DNA from: an uncultured Bacilli bacterium
GTDB lineage: Bacteria > Bacillota_I > Bacilli_A > RF39 > UBA660
NCBI GenBank assembly: GCA_944332715.1
Contig: CALVKN010000002.1
Coordinates: 1-63,551 of the forward strand
Direction: 5' to 3'
Length of the DNA stretch: 63,551 bases
The position numbers were made by a program, and so were the translations under genes. Below the pieces are notes generated by a model. That model was not told the origin of the DNA. It worked only from the letters and a program-made list of their open reading frames with translations, and searched no databases. Of this stretch, positions 19,068-29,174 are shown one piece after another; positions within the stretch are counted from its first letter, which is position 1; each line of letters opens with the position of its first letter.

Positions 19068-20120
19068 ATGTGGTTTATTTCACTTTTAGTTTTAATATTT
19101 ATTTTAGGTATTATTATTTTAGTTCATGAATTTGGTCATTTCATCTGGGCTAAAACATTTAAGGTTCATATTTATGAGTTTTCCATTGGTATGGGTCCAG
19201 TCATTTTTACTCATAAAGGTAAAAAAGATAAGATAGATTATAATCTCCGAGCTATACCAATCGGCGGTTTTGTTTCCATGGCTGGTGAAGTTTACGAAGA
19301 TGATGAAAAAATTAACAAAAAATCATTCATGTGTAACAAACCTTGGTGGCAAAGACTAATTATTTTAGTTGCTGGCGTTGTTAATAACTTTATTTTAGCA
19401 TTATTACTACTTTTCTTAGGTGCTCTTATTTGGGGAGCCACTATTAATTTACCAGAGGTTAAAGAAGTAGTAGAAGGTTCTGCTATGGATGAAGCAGGTA
19501 TTGTTGCAGGAGATGAAATTCTTGCAATAAATGGCCGTAAGGTATCTAATTGGGATACTGCTTCAATACTGCTTATTATGGAAAGTGAAGATAATGTCTA
19601 TACATTTAATATAAGACATGAGGATGGTACAGTTGAAGATATTGATGTAACCCCAACTATAACAGAAAATGAAAATGGTACTAAAACAAATACTTTCGGA
19701 GTATATATCAAAAGTGAAGAAGTTCATGGCTTTGTTGATTCCTTGAAATATGCTTTTCAAAAATTTGGTAGTATCGTTCATTCCATGGCTTTAACTATCG
19801 AAGGCTTATTTACTGGTAAAATTTCCTTGCAAGCCTTATCTGGCCCAGTAGGTATGTATGAAGTAGTTGATCAGTCTATTGGTTATGGCATAAGTTACAT
19901 GCTTTATTTAGTAGCTTTCCTTTCAATCAATGTTGGATTCATTAATATCTTACCATTCCCAGCCTTTGATGGTGGTAGAGTATTATTCCTAATAATTGAA
20001 AAGATTAAAGGTAGCCCAGTAAATTCTAAGGTTGAAAATATCTGTCATATGATTGGCTTCTTCTTGCTAATATTACTGATGATTTACATTACTATTCAAG
20101 ATATATTTAGATTTTTTTAA
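19068..20120 (+). CDS. rseP: RIP zinc metalloprotease RseP/site-2 protease
   Basis: HEFGHF zinc motif, PDZ segment, NILPFPAFDGG motif. Confidence 0.93.
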   Translation: MWFISLLVLIFILGIIILVHEFGHFIWAKTFKVHIYEFSIGMGPVIFTHKGKKDKIDYNLRAIPIGGFVSMAGEVYEDDEKINKKSFMCNKPWWQRLIILVAGVVNNFILALLLLFLGALIWGATINLPEVKEVVEGSAMDEAGIVAGDEILAINGRKVSNWDTASILLIMESEDNVYTFNIRHEDGTVEDIDVTPTITENENGTKTNTFGVYIKSEEVHGFVDSLKYAFQKFGSIVHSMALTIEGLFTGKISLQALSGPVGMYEVVDQSIGYGISYMLYLVAFLSINVGFINILPFPAFDGGRVLFLIIEKIKGSPVNSKVENICHMIGFFLLILLMIYITIQDIFRFF

Positions 20121-20146
20121 AGGGATATTGAATTATCCTTTTTTCT
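20120..20146 (+). terminator. Intrinsic terminator after rseP
   Basis: aagggata-n6-tatcctt hairpin followed by a T-run. Confidence 0.7.
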
Positions 20147-20178
20147 TTGCTAAAATAATTTTAAGGAGGTAAGAGTTT

Positions 20179-20658
20179 ATGAATCATTTTTGTCCTAATT
20201 GTGGCAATGAAATTCCTGAGGGAACTAACTTTTGTACTAGGTGTGGTGCTAATGTTGGAGGAAGTCAAAACGGCACCGTTATAATTAATAATAATTATAA
20301 TGGGTCCTCTAATATAAGAGTACCAGAAAGAAATATTGCTATGTGTATAATTTTCTCGATTTTAACCTGTGGTATTTACGGAATTTATTGGTTTATTTGT
20401 ATAACTGATGAAGTAAACGCGGTAAGTAATGAAGGTGGAACATCTGGTGGTGCGTCTTTCTTATTAACACTAATAACCTGTGGCCTTTATGGTATATATT
20501 GGGCATATCGCAATGGCCAAAAATTGGCAAATGCAGGAAGAATGTACAATAAGCCAATCAGTGATAGTGCTATTCTTTATTTGATTTTACAATTTGTTGG
20601 TTTAGGTTTAATCAATTACTGCTTAATGCAAAATGATTTAAATAGGTTCTCAAAATAA
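20179..20658 (+). CDS. Zinc-ribbon plus DUF4234-type membrane protein
   Basis: CPNCG..CTRCG ribbon, then two CGIYGIYWF/CGLYGIYWA membrane repeats. Confidence 0.7.
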   Translation: MNHFCPNCGNEIPEGTNFCTRCGANVGGSQNGTVIINNNYNGSSNIRVPERNIAMCIIFSILTCGIYGIYWFICITDEVNAVSNEGGTSGGASFLLTLITCGLYGIYWAYRNGQKLANAGRMYNKPISDSAILYLILQFVGLGLINYCLMQNDLNRFSK

Positions 20659-21044
20659 TGAAGCCCAAAAATAGAGTAAAAATAGGAATTTTTCTATTTT
20701 TTCTTTTTATCATTTATTACTTATTGAATAAAAAAATAGGTATTGGCATTCCCTGTGTATTTCATGAACTTACAGGTCTTTATTGCCCCGGTTGTGGAAT
20801 AACTAGATTGCTATTTTCATTACTTGAATTAAACTTTTTCCAAGCATTCTGTTCCAATCCTTTAGTATTTATTTTATTGATACTTATCATACTTTATTTA
20901 ATACTAAAACTAATATTAAAAAGATTTAATATAAATTTAACTATACCTAATTACATTTATTATTTTTTACTTATAATAGTAATTCTTTTTGGCATACTTA
21001 GAAATATACCAGGATTTGAATTTTTAACTCCGTTAAAATTGTAA
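20658..21044 (+). CDS. DUF2752-type membrane protein
   Basis: CVFHELTGLYCPGCGITR motif. Start overlaps the previous stop (TAATG). Confidence 0.7.
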   Translation: MKPKNRVKIGIFLFFLFIIYYLLNKKIGIGIPCVFHELTGLYCPGCGITRLLFSLLELNFFQAFCSNPLVFILLILIILYLILKLILKRFNINLTIPNYIYYFLLIIVILFGILRNIPGFEFLTPLKL

Positions 21045-21211
21045 GGTAAATTACTCAAAAATACTTGTAAAAATGCATAATATTTGGTAGAATTGAAATT
21101 GCTGTAAATGCAAAAAAATAAACATCAATATGGATTATCTTTGCGAGTGCCAAAAGTGGTGTAGAGATGTTGGAAGTATTGAGAAGTTAAAACGAAGGAG
21201 GGATTATATTT

Positions 21212-22153
21212 ATGGCAGTAGTTTCTATGAATTATTTATTAGAAGCTGGAGTTCATTTTGGACATCAAACTAAAAGATGGAATCCTAAAATGAAAGAGTA
21301 TATTTTTACATCTAGAGATGATATTTATATTATCGACCTAGAAAAAACCAAAGCATGCCTTGAAGAAGCATACGCTGAAATTAAGACAATTGCTGAAAAT
21401 GGAGGTAAGTTCTTATTTGTTGGAACTCGTAAGCAAGCTGCAGAAGTTTGTGTTGAAGAAGCAACAAGAAGTAATTCTTACTATGTGACTGAAAGATGGT
21501 TAGGAGGAACACTTACAAATTTCCGCACTATCAGAAGAAGAGTTAAGAGATTAGAAGAAATCGAAGAAATGGAAAAGAATGGTACTTTTGATCTTTTACC
21601 TAAAAAGGAAGTTATCGGACTTAAGAAAGAATATGAAAAATTAAATCGTGTTCTAGCAGGTATTCGCGCAATGGATAAACTTCCTCAAGCATTAATTGTA
21701 GTTGATCCTAAAAAAGAAATTAACGCAATTAAAGAAGCTAGAAAATTAAGAATACCAGTATTTGGAATTGTTGATACTAACAATGACCCAGATGATGTTG
21801 ATTTTGTTATTCCTGGTAATGATGATGCTGTTCGCTCAATCAAAGTTATGCTTGGAGTGCTTACTAATGCGATTTGTGAAGCAAATGGCTTAGAAATGGT
21901 TGATTATGTATCAGAAGATGAAAAGAAAGCTGATACTGAATCTAAAAAGGAAAAAGTAGAAGATAAAAAGGAAGAAACAAAAGAAGAAGTTAAAGTTGAT
22001 GAAACCGTTTTAGAAGAAATTAAAGAAATGGAAAAAGTTGATGAACTTGAATCTAAAACTTTAAGTGAACTAAAAAAAATTGCTAAAGAAAACAAAATCA
22101 AAGGTTATTCAACAATGAAAAAAGATGAATTAATTGATGCATTAAGTAAATAA
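21212..22153 (+). CDS. rpsB: 30S ribosomal protein S2 with about 70-aa acidic/Rho_N-like C-terminal extension
   Basis: [30 protein letters not shown] core. Extra tail [20 protein letters not shown]...[30 protein letters not shown]. Confidence 0.95.
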   Translation: MAVVSMNYLLEAGVHFGHQTKRWNPKMKEYIFTSRDDIYIIDLEKTKACLEEAYAEIKTIAENGGKFLFVGTRKQAAEVCVEEATRSNSYYVTERWLGGTLTNFRTIRRRVKRLEEIEEMEKNGTFDLLPKKEVIGLKKEYEKLNRVLAGIRAMDKLPQALIVVDPKKEINAIKEARKLRIPVFGIVDTNNDPDDVDFVIPGNDDAVRSIKVMLGVLTNAICEANGLEMVDYVSEDEKKADTESKKEKVEDKKEETKEEVKVDETVLEEIKEMEKVDELESKTLSELKKIAKENKIKGYSTMKKDELIDALSK

Positions 22154-22164
22154 GGAGGGAATTT

Positions 22165-23043
22165 ATGGAAGTTACTGCAAGTATGGTTAAAGACCTAAGA
22201 GAACTTACTGGAGCAGGAATGATGGATTGCAAAAAAGCTCTAGCAGAAACTAATGGTAATATGGATGAAGCGGTAAATTGGCTTCGTGAAAAAGGTATTG
22301 CTAAGTCTGCTAAGAAAGAATCTCGTATTGCTGCTGAAGGTCTTGCTAATATTTATGTAGATGGTAATAAAGCAGTTATCCTAGAAGTAAATAGTGAAAC
22401 TGACTTTGTTAGTAAAAATGAAGAATTTGTTAGTATGATTGATACTATTGGGGCTACTTTACTTAAAAGCGATGTAGAGTCTGTTGATGAAGCAAAATGC
22501 CTTGCAACTGATGATGGTACAATCGGAGAATTAATAGTTAATAAAACTGCAAAAATTGGTGAAAAACTTTCTTTAAGAAGATTTGCCATTGTTACTAAGA
22601 GTGATGATGAATACTTTGGTTCATATATCCATATGGGAGGAAAAATTGCTGCTTTAACAGTTATTAAAGGAGCAAATGCTGAAGTTGCTAAAGATGTCGC
22701 AATGCAAGCAGCAGCTATGAAACCACTTTATACTTTCCCAAGCGAAGTTCCTGCAGATGTAATTGATAATGAAAAAAATGTTTTAAAGGAACAAGCAATG
22801 AATGAAGGAAAACCTCAAGATATTGCTGAAAAAATGGTTGAAGGTAGAATTAAAAAGTTCTATAAAGAAATTTGTTTATCAGAACAAGCATTCATTAAAG
22901 ATGGTGATGTATCTGTAGGAAAATACGTAACTAACAATGGTGGAGAAATTAAAAGTATGATTCGTTATGAAGTTGGTGAAGGAATGGAAAAACGTAATGA
23001 TAACTTTGCTGAAGAAGTAATGAATCAAGTGAAAGGTAACTAA
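22165..23043 (+). CDS. tsf: Elongation factor Ts
   Basis: VKDLRELTGAGMMDCKKAL UBA-like N-terminus, ETDFVSKNEEF, typical length. Confidence 0.96.
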   Translation: MEVTASMVKDLRELTGAGMMDCKKALAETNGNMDEAVNWLREKGIAKSAKKESRIAAEGLANIYVDGNKAVILEVNSETDFVSKNEEFVSMIDTIGATLLKSDVESVDEAKCLATDDGTIGELIVNKTAKIGEKLSLRRFAIVTKSDDEYFGSYIHMGGKIAALTVIKGANAEVAKDVAMQAAAMKPLYTFPSEVPADVIDNEKNVLKEQAMNEGKPQDIAEKMVEGRIKKFYKEICLSEQAFIKDGDVSVGKYVTNNGGEIKSMIRYEVGEGMEKRNDNFAEEVMNQVKGN

Positions 23044-23066
23044 GTCAACGCAAGTTGACTTTTTTT
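23043..23066 (+). terminator. Intrinsic terminator after tsf
   Basis: agtcaac-gcaa-gttgact followed by TTTTTT. Confidence 0.8.
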
Positions 23067-23128
23067 GACAATTTTTTTGTTTTCCTCCTTAATAAATACT
23101 CACTTTAATGCTATAATAAAAATGGTGA

Positions 23129-23749
23129 ATGAGTACTGTGGAAAAGAAAATATATATAAAAAATGAAAAATTATTTAAAAATAAATGGCAAATGATAATA
23201 TATTGCATCCTTTTCGTTGCTTTAATCGGAGCATTTATTTACTTGGGTACACTTGATTATGATGATACCTTACCAGATAATGAAGAATTTGCCAAAGAAT
23301 TTAGTTTGGTGAGTGAAGATAATGTTTTTGAATACGTTAATGCTACAACTGCTTTAATGGTAGCAAATGGAACTAAAGGAATTGTATTATTTGGAACAAC
23401 TAATGAATGGGTAAATTATTATGCTAATATTGTAAATAAAGTTGCTAAAGAAGTTGGAATAGATAAAATTTATTACTATGATTTTGTCGAAAATAGACAA
23501 GATAATAATGGAACTTATGAAGCAATTGTAGAAAAATTAAGTGACTATGTTACATATAATGATTATGGAACTGCTGAAATTTACGCACCAACTCTTTTGG
23601 TAGTAAGTGGAGATGAAGTAATCTTTTTTGATACAGAAACATCTCTAGTAAGTGGTAATATAACTCCAAGTGAATATTGGAATTCTTTCAATGAAGAATC
23701 TAAAATGAAAGAACTTCGTGATGTTTTTACAGAATATTTAGAAAGTTGA
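23129..23749 (+). CDS. Hypothetical membrane-anchored protein
   Basis: 206-aa ORF with one N-terminal TM. No catalytic motif recognised. Occupies the position where pyrH usually sits. Confidence 0.6.
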   Translation: MSTVEKKIYIKNEKLFKNKWQMIIYCILFVALIGAFIYLGTLDYDDTLPDNEEFAKEFSLVSEDNVFEYVNATTALMVANGTKGIVLFGTTNEWVNYYANIVNKVAKEVGIDKIYYYDFVENRQDNNGTYEAIVEKLSDYVTYNDYGTAEIYAPTLLVVSGDEVIFFDTETSLVSGNITPSEYWNSFNEESKMKELRDVFTEYLES

Positions 23750-23756
23750 GGTATGT

Positions 23757-24536
23757 ATGGATAATACAAAAAATACAGTTGGTTTAATATTTTTCATTAT
23801 TATTATTTTACTTTTTACTGTTGGTGGCTATTTTTTCATGCGTTATATGTTAAATGATTTTGAAAACAAGTCTAATGGTGAGGAAGCTATAACAGAAATA
23901 AAAGAAATAAGAATAGATGCCACAAAAGACTATATATACTATGAAAATGCTACGGATTTATTACATGAAGAACATATTGAAAAAAGAGACGTTGTAATAA
24001 ATATTAAAGGTTTTGAAAGCATTAATGAAACACTAAGAGAAGAACTAGCATCATATGATTCTGAACAAGTAACTCTTGATGAAGTAACACTTAGTGATGG
24101 TGTAACTTGTACAAACGAAGCAAACCTTTATAGTTTCCCATATCGTGAATATGAAGATACAGTTTTTGGTGATTATATTAGTTTAGTTATCAATGATTTT
24201 ACTTATAATTGTGTAAATGGTAGTAGGATAGAAAATATTAAAGGCTATGTAATAGATAAAAATACAGGGGATGTCTATACTCCAGAAGAACTACTCGAAG
24301 AATTTTCTATAACTGAAGATTCTATTATAGAGCAAATTAGAGAAAGACTTAATGATACGCAAGTATTAGATGGTGATACCCAAGTAATTGATATCGAAGG
24401 CACAATTTCTGATATAAAAAACGGTGAATACGGTACAGTTAAAAGCCTAAGTATTAGTAAAACTGGCAATTTAGTAATAAATTTTATTGTAAAATCTAAT
24501 AGAATTAATTATAATGATAGTATAGAATTAAATTAA
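23757..24536 (+). CDS. Hypothetical membrane-anchored protein
   Basis: 259-aa ORF with one N-terminal TM and an acidic extracellular part. Confidence 0.6.
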   Translation: MDNTKNTVGLIFFIIIILLFTVGGYFFMRYMLNDFENKSNGEEAITEIKEIRIDATKDYIYYENATDLLHEEHIEKRDVVINIKGFESINETLREELASYDSEQVTLDEVTLSDGVTCTNEANLYSFPYREYEDTVFGDYISLVINDFTYNCVNGSRIENIKGYVIDKNTGDVYTPEELLEEFSITEDSIIEQIRERLNDTQVLDGDTQVIDIEGTISDIKNGEYGTVKSLSISKTGNLVINFIVKSNRINYNDSIELN

Positions 24537-24549
24537 GAAGGAGAGATTT

Positions 24550-25080
24550 ATGGACTCATCAGAGAAAAAAATGGAACAAACCATTGAAAATTTAAAAGCA
24601 AAATTATTAAATATTAGAGCAGGAAGAGCTAATCCTGCAATGCTTAATGGCATAATGGTTAGTTATTATGGCACTCCAACACCTATTCAAAGTGTTGCTA
24701 ATATTACAGTACCAGAAGCAAAACAACTATTTATTAAACCATATGACCGGAGTACTCTAAAAGATATTGAAAGGGCAATCAACGAAGCTAATTTAGGTAT
24801 TGCTCCAACTAATAATGGCGAAATGATTATACTTACTATTCCTGATCTAACAGAAGATAGACGTAGAGAATATGTAAAACAAGCCAAGGCTGTAGGTGAA
24901 GAAGCTAAAGTAGCTCTAAGAAATATTCGCCAAGATGCTAATAATGAAATAAAGCGTCAAGAATATCCTGAAGATGAAGAAAAATTATATCTTGAAGATA
25001 TTCAAGACCTTATAACTAAATATAATAAAATAGTAGATGATGAAATTAAAATAAAAGAACAAGAACTAATGCAAGTTTGA
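24550..25080 (+). CDS. frr: Ribosome recycling factor
   Basis: 176 aa. LLNIRAGRANPAMLNGIMVSYYGTPTPI..PDLTEDRRREYVKQAK signature. Confidence 0.96.
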   Translation: MDSSEKKMEQTIENLKAKLLNIRAGRANPAMLNGIMVSYYGTPTPIQSVANITVPEAKQLFIKPYDRSTLKDIERAINEANLGIAPTNNGEMIILTIPDLTEDRRREYVKQAKAVGEEAKVALRNIRQDANNEIKRQEYPEDEEKLYLEDIQDLITKYNKIVDDEIKIKEQELMQV

Positions 25081-25291
25081 AACTTCATATAATAATATAA
25101 GAAAATGTTTCTCGCTCCCAGATGGTGCGAGTAATAAATTGTCCCAAATGAAAATGTTTAAAATTCTATTTTAAGGTTAAAAATCATTAGAAATTTTTTT
25201 AAAAATTTGCTAAAATAGTTATAGAAACGTGTAGTCATAAAATATGGCGTAAGTCCAGTTTTATGACTATTTTTCATTTTAAGGAGGATTC

Positions 25292-25755
25292 ATGAAAACT
25301 ATCGGAGACTTTATTGTTTGTCATAAACAAGTTTGCAAAATTGTTGATATAAAGAATAATTATTTAGAACTAGTTCCATTAAATGATGAGTCATTAAAAA
25401 TGCGTATTCCATCTGATTCTAAAGTTTTAAGAAATTTAATATCCAAAGAAGAAATTGATAAATTATTAAAAGAAATACCAAGTATTGATGCAGTAGGAAT
25501 AAGTGAAAGAATGATTGAAAATACTTATAAAGAATTACTTCAAAGTGGTACATATGAAGACTTAGTAAAAATAATTAAAACTGCTTATTTAAGAAATGAA
25601 TATAGAAAGAATAATAATAAAAAGGTTAGTGATAGAGATATTAATACTTAGAACAAGCTGAAAAATATTTATATACCGAAATCGGAGCAGCACTAGGTTT
25701 AGATTTTAATGGCGCTAAAGAATATGTCATTGATACAGTAAGTAAGTATAGTTGA
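25292..25755 (+). pseudogene. CarD/CdnL-family transcription factor gene interrupted by a frameshift
   Basis: 25292-25651 encodes the CarD_TRCF-like N-domain and most of the helical domain, ending ...SDRDINT*. The next frame (25651-25755) continues EQAEKYLYTEIGAALGLDFNGAKEYVIDTVSKYS*, the expected CarD C-terminus. One missing T in the 'actta' stretch (25646-25650) would restore the frame. Confidence 0.65.
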
Positions 25756-25800
25756 TTTATTTGGTAGTTTATGCTAATATAAATTTCACTTGGTGATTTT

Positions 25801-26796
25801 ATGGATATTAATTTTACTATGAGTGATGGACTTATATTACGTGGTACTTTACTTGATAATACTTCTTCTAATGATTTAATTATTATGCTTCATAGCGGTG
25901 GATACGAAAGAACTGAACATGGTGTAAAAAAAATAAATAATGGAAAAAAGGAATATTATAATCCCGAAGGCAATTATACTTATCTAAGTAATTATCTATC
26001 TAGTGATGCATCAATTCTTTTGCTTGATCAAAGAAACCACGGTCAAAGTGGTAAAAACATTGATGAAGTTGCTATGTATAAAGCTATAAAAAGTATTGAT
26101 AGTAGTATTAATGCTAAAAAAATTATTAAAGCATTAAAAGAAAAAGATATGAAAACCTTATCTGAATTTAAAAATCCAAAGTTACAAGAATTAATTAAAA
26201 GACCTATAATAAAAGATATGTCATTTGTAAGTATGGCTCATGATTTAAAAGAAGTAATTGATGAGTTAAACAAAAGCGGAAGATATAAAAACATCCATTT
26301 AGTTGGAACTTGTATGGGAGGCTTAGTATCAGCTCTTTACTTAATAAATTATCCCAATAATGTGAAATCTCTTACATTGTTTTCGCCACTATTTTTATTT
26401 GATCAAGTATTCTTGCATCCTGTAAATGAATTTGGCGTTCATAAGCAAGAGATAATTAAAGATGGTAAGCAATATCATATGGGTAATGCTATTGAAGGAG
26501 CAAAAACAATTGCTGAAATAGCAAGTATTAAAGATTATTTTTATAAAAAATTATTTGAACTTGATATTCCCATATTTTGTATTCAAGGCCTTGATGATGC
26601 TTTAGTACCAGTGGCACACCAAAATGCTTTATTTGCCAGTTTAAAAGAATACCATGATACCCACAACTTAAGTAAAGTTTATTATGCAGAAATATCTCTG
26701 GGAGTACATTGTTTGTATGATGTTTTATATCCATCTCTACAAATGGCATCTGAATTTATCTATAGTAATTTAGATACAGGGTTAAAAAGAAATTAG
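25801..26796 (+). CDS. Alpha/beta-fold hydrolase (nucleophile elbow G-T-C-M-G)
   Basis: HSGG oxyanion-type motif, HLVGTCMGG elbow (26305-26319), C-terminal GLDD..V and H in the expected order. Confidence 0.7.
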   Translation: MDINFTMSDGLILRGTLLDNTSSNDLIIMLHSGGYERTEHGVKKINNGKKEYYNPEGNYTYLSNYLSSDASILLLDQRNHGQSGKNIDEVAMYKAIKSIDSSINAKKIIKALKEKDMKTLSEFKNPKLQELIKRPIIKDMSFVSMAHDLKEVIDELNKSGRYKNIHLVGTCMGGLVSALYLINYPNNVKSLTLFSPLFLFDQVFLHPVNEFGVHKQEIIKDGKQYHMGNAIEGAKTIAEIASIKDYFYKKLFELDIPIFCIQGLDDALVPVAHQNALFASLKEYHDTHNLSKVYYAEISLGVHCLYDVLYPSLQMASEFIYSNLDTGLKRN

Positions 26797-26947
26797 GAAA
26801 CAAAAATCCTAGTTTTTTATCAAAAACATCCATTCTTAGACAATATATATCTACCAGATAAAAATCTTTGTAAACATTGCTTATAGCCTATTGCTAAATT
26901 AAAAAAGTTACTATATAATTTATTTAGAATAGAAAAGGAAGATAGTA

Positions 26948-27589
26948 ATGAAAAAGAAGTTAATTTTAACAATATCTATTGTATTAGTATTTGTTTTAAC
27001 AATGTTTATTGTAATGCAAAATGATGAAAAAGTCATTTATGAATCTGGAGTTCATAGTATTGAGGTTGCTGATGCTCTTGCTATGATGTATGAAACTGAA
27101 TTTGGAAGTGGAGAATATGTAGTTTCTGATGATACTACCTGGCCACTGGAAGGTTATGTATTTAATGCAGAACTTTCTAGATGCGAAAACGGTAGTGCCC
27201 TTTATTGGGATGAAGAAACTAAATCAGTTATGATGGAAGCAAATGTATCAGATAAATGTTATATTTACTTTGATAAGGAAAATCCATATTTGATAGTTGA
27301 TTTCATAAATAACGGAAGCGGTAGATTATATTTAAATAGTGTAAATATTACTGACCAAATTAATGAAAATATAGCATATGAAATTGGAGATATACTAAGC
27401 TATACTCATTTTCAACAATGTTCAGAACGAGGTCTTAAAATATATAATGAATATAATGAACTTATCAAACAAATTTCTTCAAGTTATGGAAATAGTTATG
27501 AAGACATTGTTTTAACCGGCGAAGAAAGATATATAGAAGAATATACTGAAGGATTTTGTGAACCTTATGGTACTACTACAGTTTCATAG
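26948..27589 (+). CDS. Hypothetical secreted/membrane-anchored Cys-containing protein
   Basis: 213-aa ORF, N-terminal TM/signal, RBS AAGGAAG. Confidence 0.6.
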   Translation: MKKKLILTISIVLVFVLTMFIVMQNDEKVIYESGVHSIEVADALAMMYETEFGSGEYVVSDDTTWPLEGYVFNAELSRCENGSALYWDEETKSVMMEANVSDKCYIYFDKENPYLIVDFINNGSGRLYLNSVNITDQINENIAYEIGDILSYTHFQQCSERGLKIYNEYNELIKQISSSYGNSYEDIVLTGEERYIEEYTEGFCEPYGTTTVS

Positions 27590-27618
27590 TATTGCTATAT
27601 TATAAAATTATAAAAAGC

Positions 27619-28722
27619 CTAGTCGATTATGACTGGCTTATTTTTTTGTTCAAATAAATATGTATTAGTATCATTAATTAAATCATAAATTAAACTGGCT
27701 CTTACCTCATACAAATACTCTATAGAATCTTTATTAACAGTGGTAGATATTTCTAAATCTTCTAATTTATTTAAGTAATCTTGGCCTTTTTTATTAAAAC
27801 CTAATATTTTAATGTAAGATAATGTAGAATTATCTTCTTTTTTTAATGATGTAAGAATATGAATAAACATTCTATTTAATTTATTATAAGTATATCTCTT
27901 AGTTTTAATATAATTTATAAATTCATCTAAATTATTTGATTTATTAATATATTTTAGCAAACGATATTCAATTCCTTCATCGACATCTAAATATTCATTT
28001 AAATTATTATCGGTATTTATTTTATATTTTAATAATTTAAAGTACATTTCTTTATTTGGTTGTATTATATATTTTTGTGTATATGCTGGTATATATTTAG
28101 ATATATCTTCTTTACTATATAATTTTTTTCTGATATTTGATGCACTAACTATTGTCTCATTACTTGTAATATCATGATAACTATTAGTTCTTTTAATAGT
28201 TTCTATTTTTATATCAAATTTATTTTTTATGATTGCTTTAGCATAAGATATACCTAGTAAATCATTGGGTTGAAAGTCAAATTCTATTTCAAGTGCTTTA
28301 GCAAGTGCCGTAGGGTAGTTAATTCCATCACTCAAATATTTTTTTACCAATTCATCATAATTACCACTAAGTTGTTTTTCTGCTAATTTAATTAGTATAT
28401 TTACATCATTAGATTCACTTCCAAAAATGATTCTTCGGGCGTGGAAGTTATTAAGTATCTTTATTGAAGTTTCTGCAAAGGTATCTGCTGATTGTGTTCC
28501 ATAGATAAATGGTAGTTCTAAAACGATATCAATACCACTTTCTAGGGAAACTTTAGTTTTATCTTCTTTAGTTAAAACAGATATTTCTCCACGTTCTAAA
28601 AAATAGCCATTTAAAACTAATATGATTAGTGAATCAGGATACATTTCCTTTATTTTTTGTATGTGATAAATATGTCCATTATGTAGTGGATTATATTCAC
28701 AAATAATTCCTATTACTTCCAT
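27619..28722 (-). CDS. tmcAL: tRNA(Met) cytidine acetate ligase (UPF0348/DUF795 nucleotidyltransferase)
   Basis: MEVIGIICEYNPLHNGHIYHIQK N-terminus with HxGH-type motif. Start moved to ATG 28722 behind AGAGGA. Confidence 0.8.
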   Translation of the reverse strand: MEVIGIICEYNPLHNGHIYHIQKIKEMYPDSLIILVLNGYFLERGEISVLTKEDKTKVSLESGIDIVLELPFIYGTQSADTFAETSIKILNNFHARRIIFGSESNDVNILIKLAEKQLSGNYDELVKKYLSDGINYPTALAKALEIEFDFQPNDLLGISYAKAIIKNKFDIKIETIKRTNSYHDITSNETIVSASNIRKKLYSKEDISKYIPAYTQKYIIQPNKEMYFKLLKYKINTDNNLNEYLDVDEGIEYRLLKYINKSNNLDEFINYIKTKRYTYNKLNRMFIHILTSLKKEDNSTLSYIKILGFNKKGQDYLNKLEDLEISTTVNKDSIEYLYEVRASLIYDLINDTNTYLFEQKNKPVIID

Positions 28723-28729
28723 AAGTCCT

Positions 28730-29104
28730 CTAATTAATAAAATAGTATGTTGCTGACATAATAGCAATTAGTTCATTCTTATCATTATAAATATTGGCTT
28801 TTAAAACACTTGTAGTCTTACCAATCTTTACAACTTCTGCTTTAGCAGTTAAATATTTACCCTTACCAGGTTTTATATAATTAATTGATGCATCAAGTGT
28901 CACAGCATCTCTTCCTGTACTTCTAACAGTAACTCCCATTACCGTATCTCCCATACTAAAAATTAATCCACCATGAACAATACCATATGGATTTAAAGAC
29001 TTTTCTGTTATCTCCATTTTAACGGTACTAGTTTTATCACTAACTTCTTCAATTATAATATCATTATGTTTTAAAAAAACATTTTGTTCATTTAATATGT
29101 TCAT
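28730..29104 (-). CDS. PaaI/hotdog-fold thioesterase
   Basis: 124 aa. NPYGIVHGGLIFSMGDTVMG motif typical of the PaaI family. Confidence 0.8.
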   Translation of the reverse strand: MNILNEQNVFLKHNDIIIEEVSDKTSTVKMEITEKSLNPYGIVHGGLIFSMGDTVMGVTVRSTGRDAVTLDASINYIKPGKGKYLTAKAEVVKIGKTTSVLKANIYNDKNELIAIMSATYYFIN

Positions 29105-29174
29105 CCTTCCACCTCAAGAGTTATTATATCACATATCAAAATTCTATGGTATAATATCTCATGTGGTGGTATTC

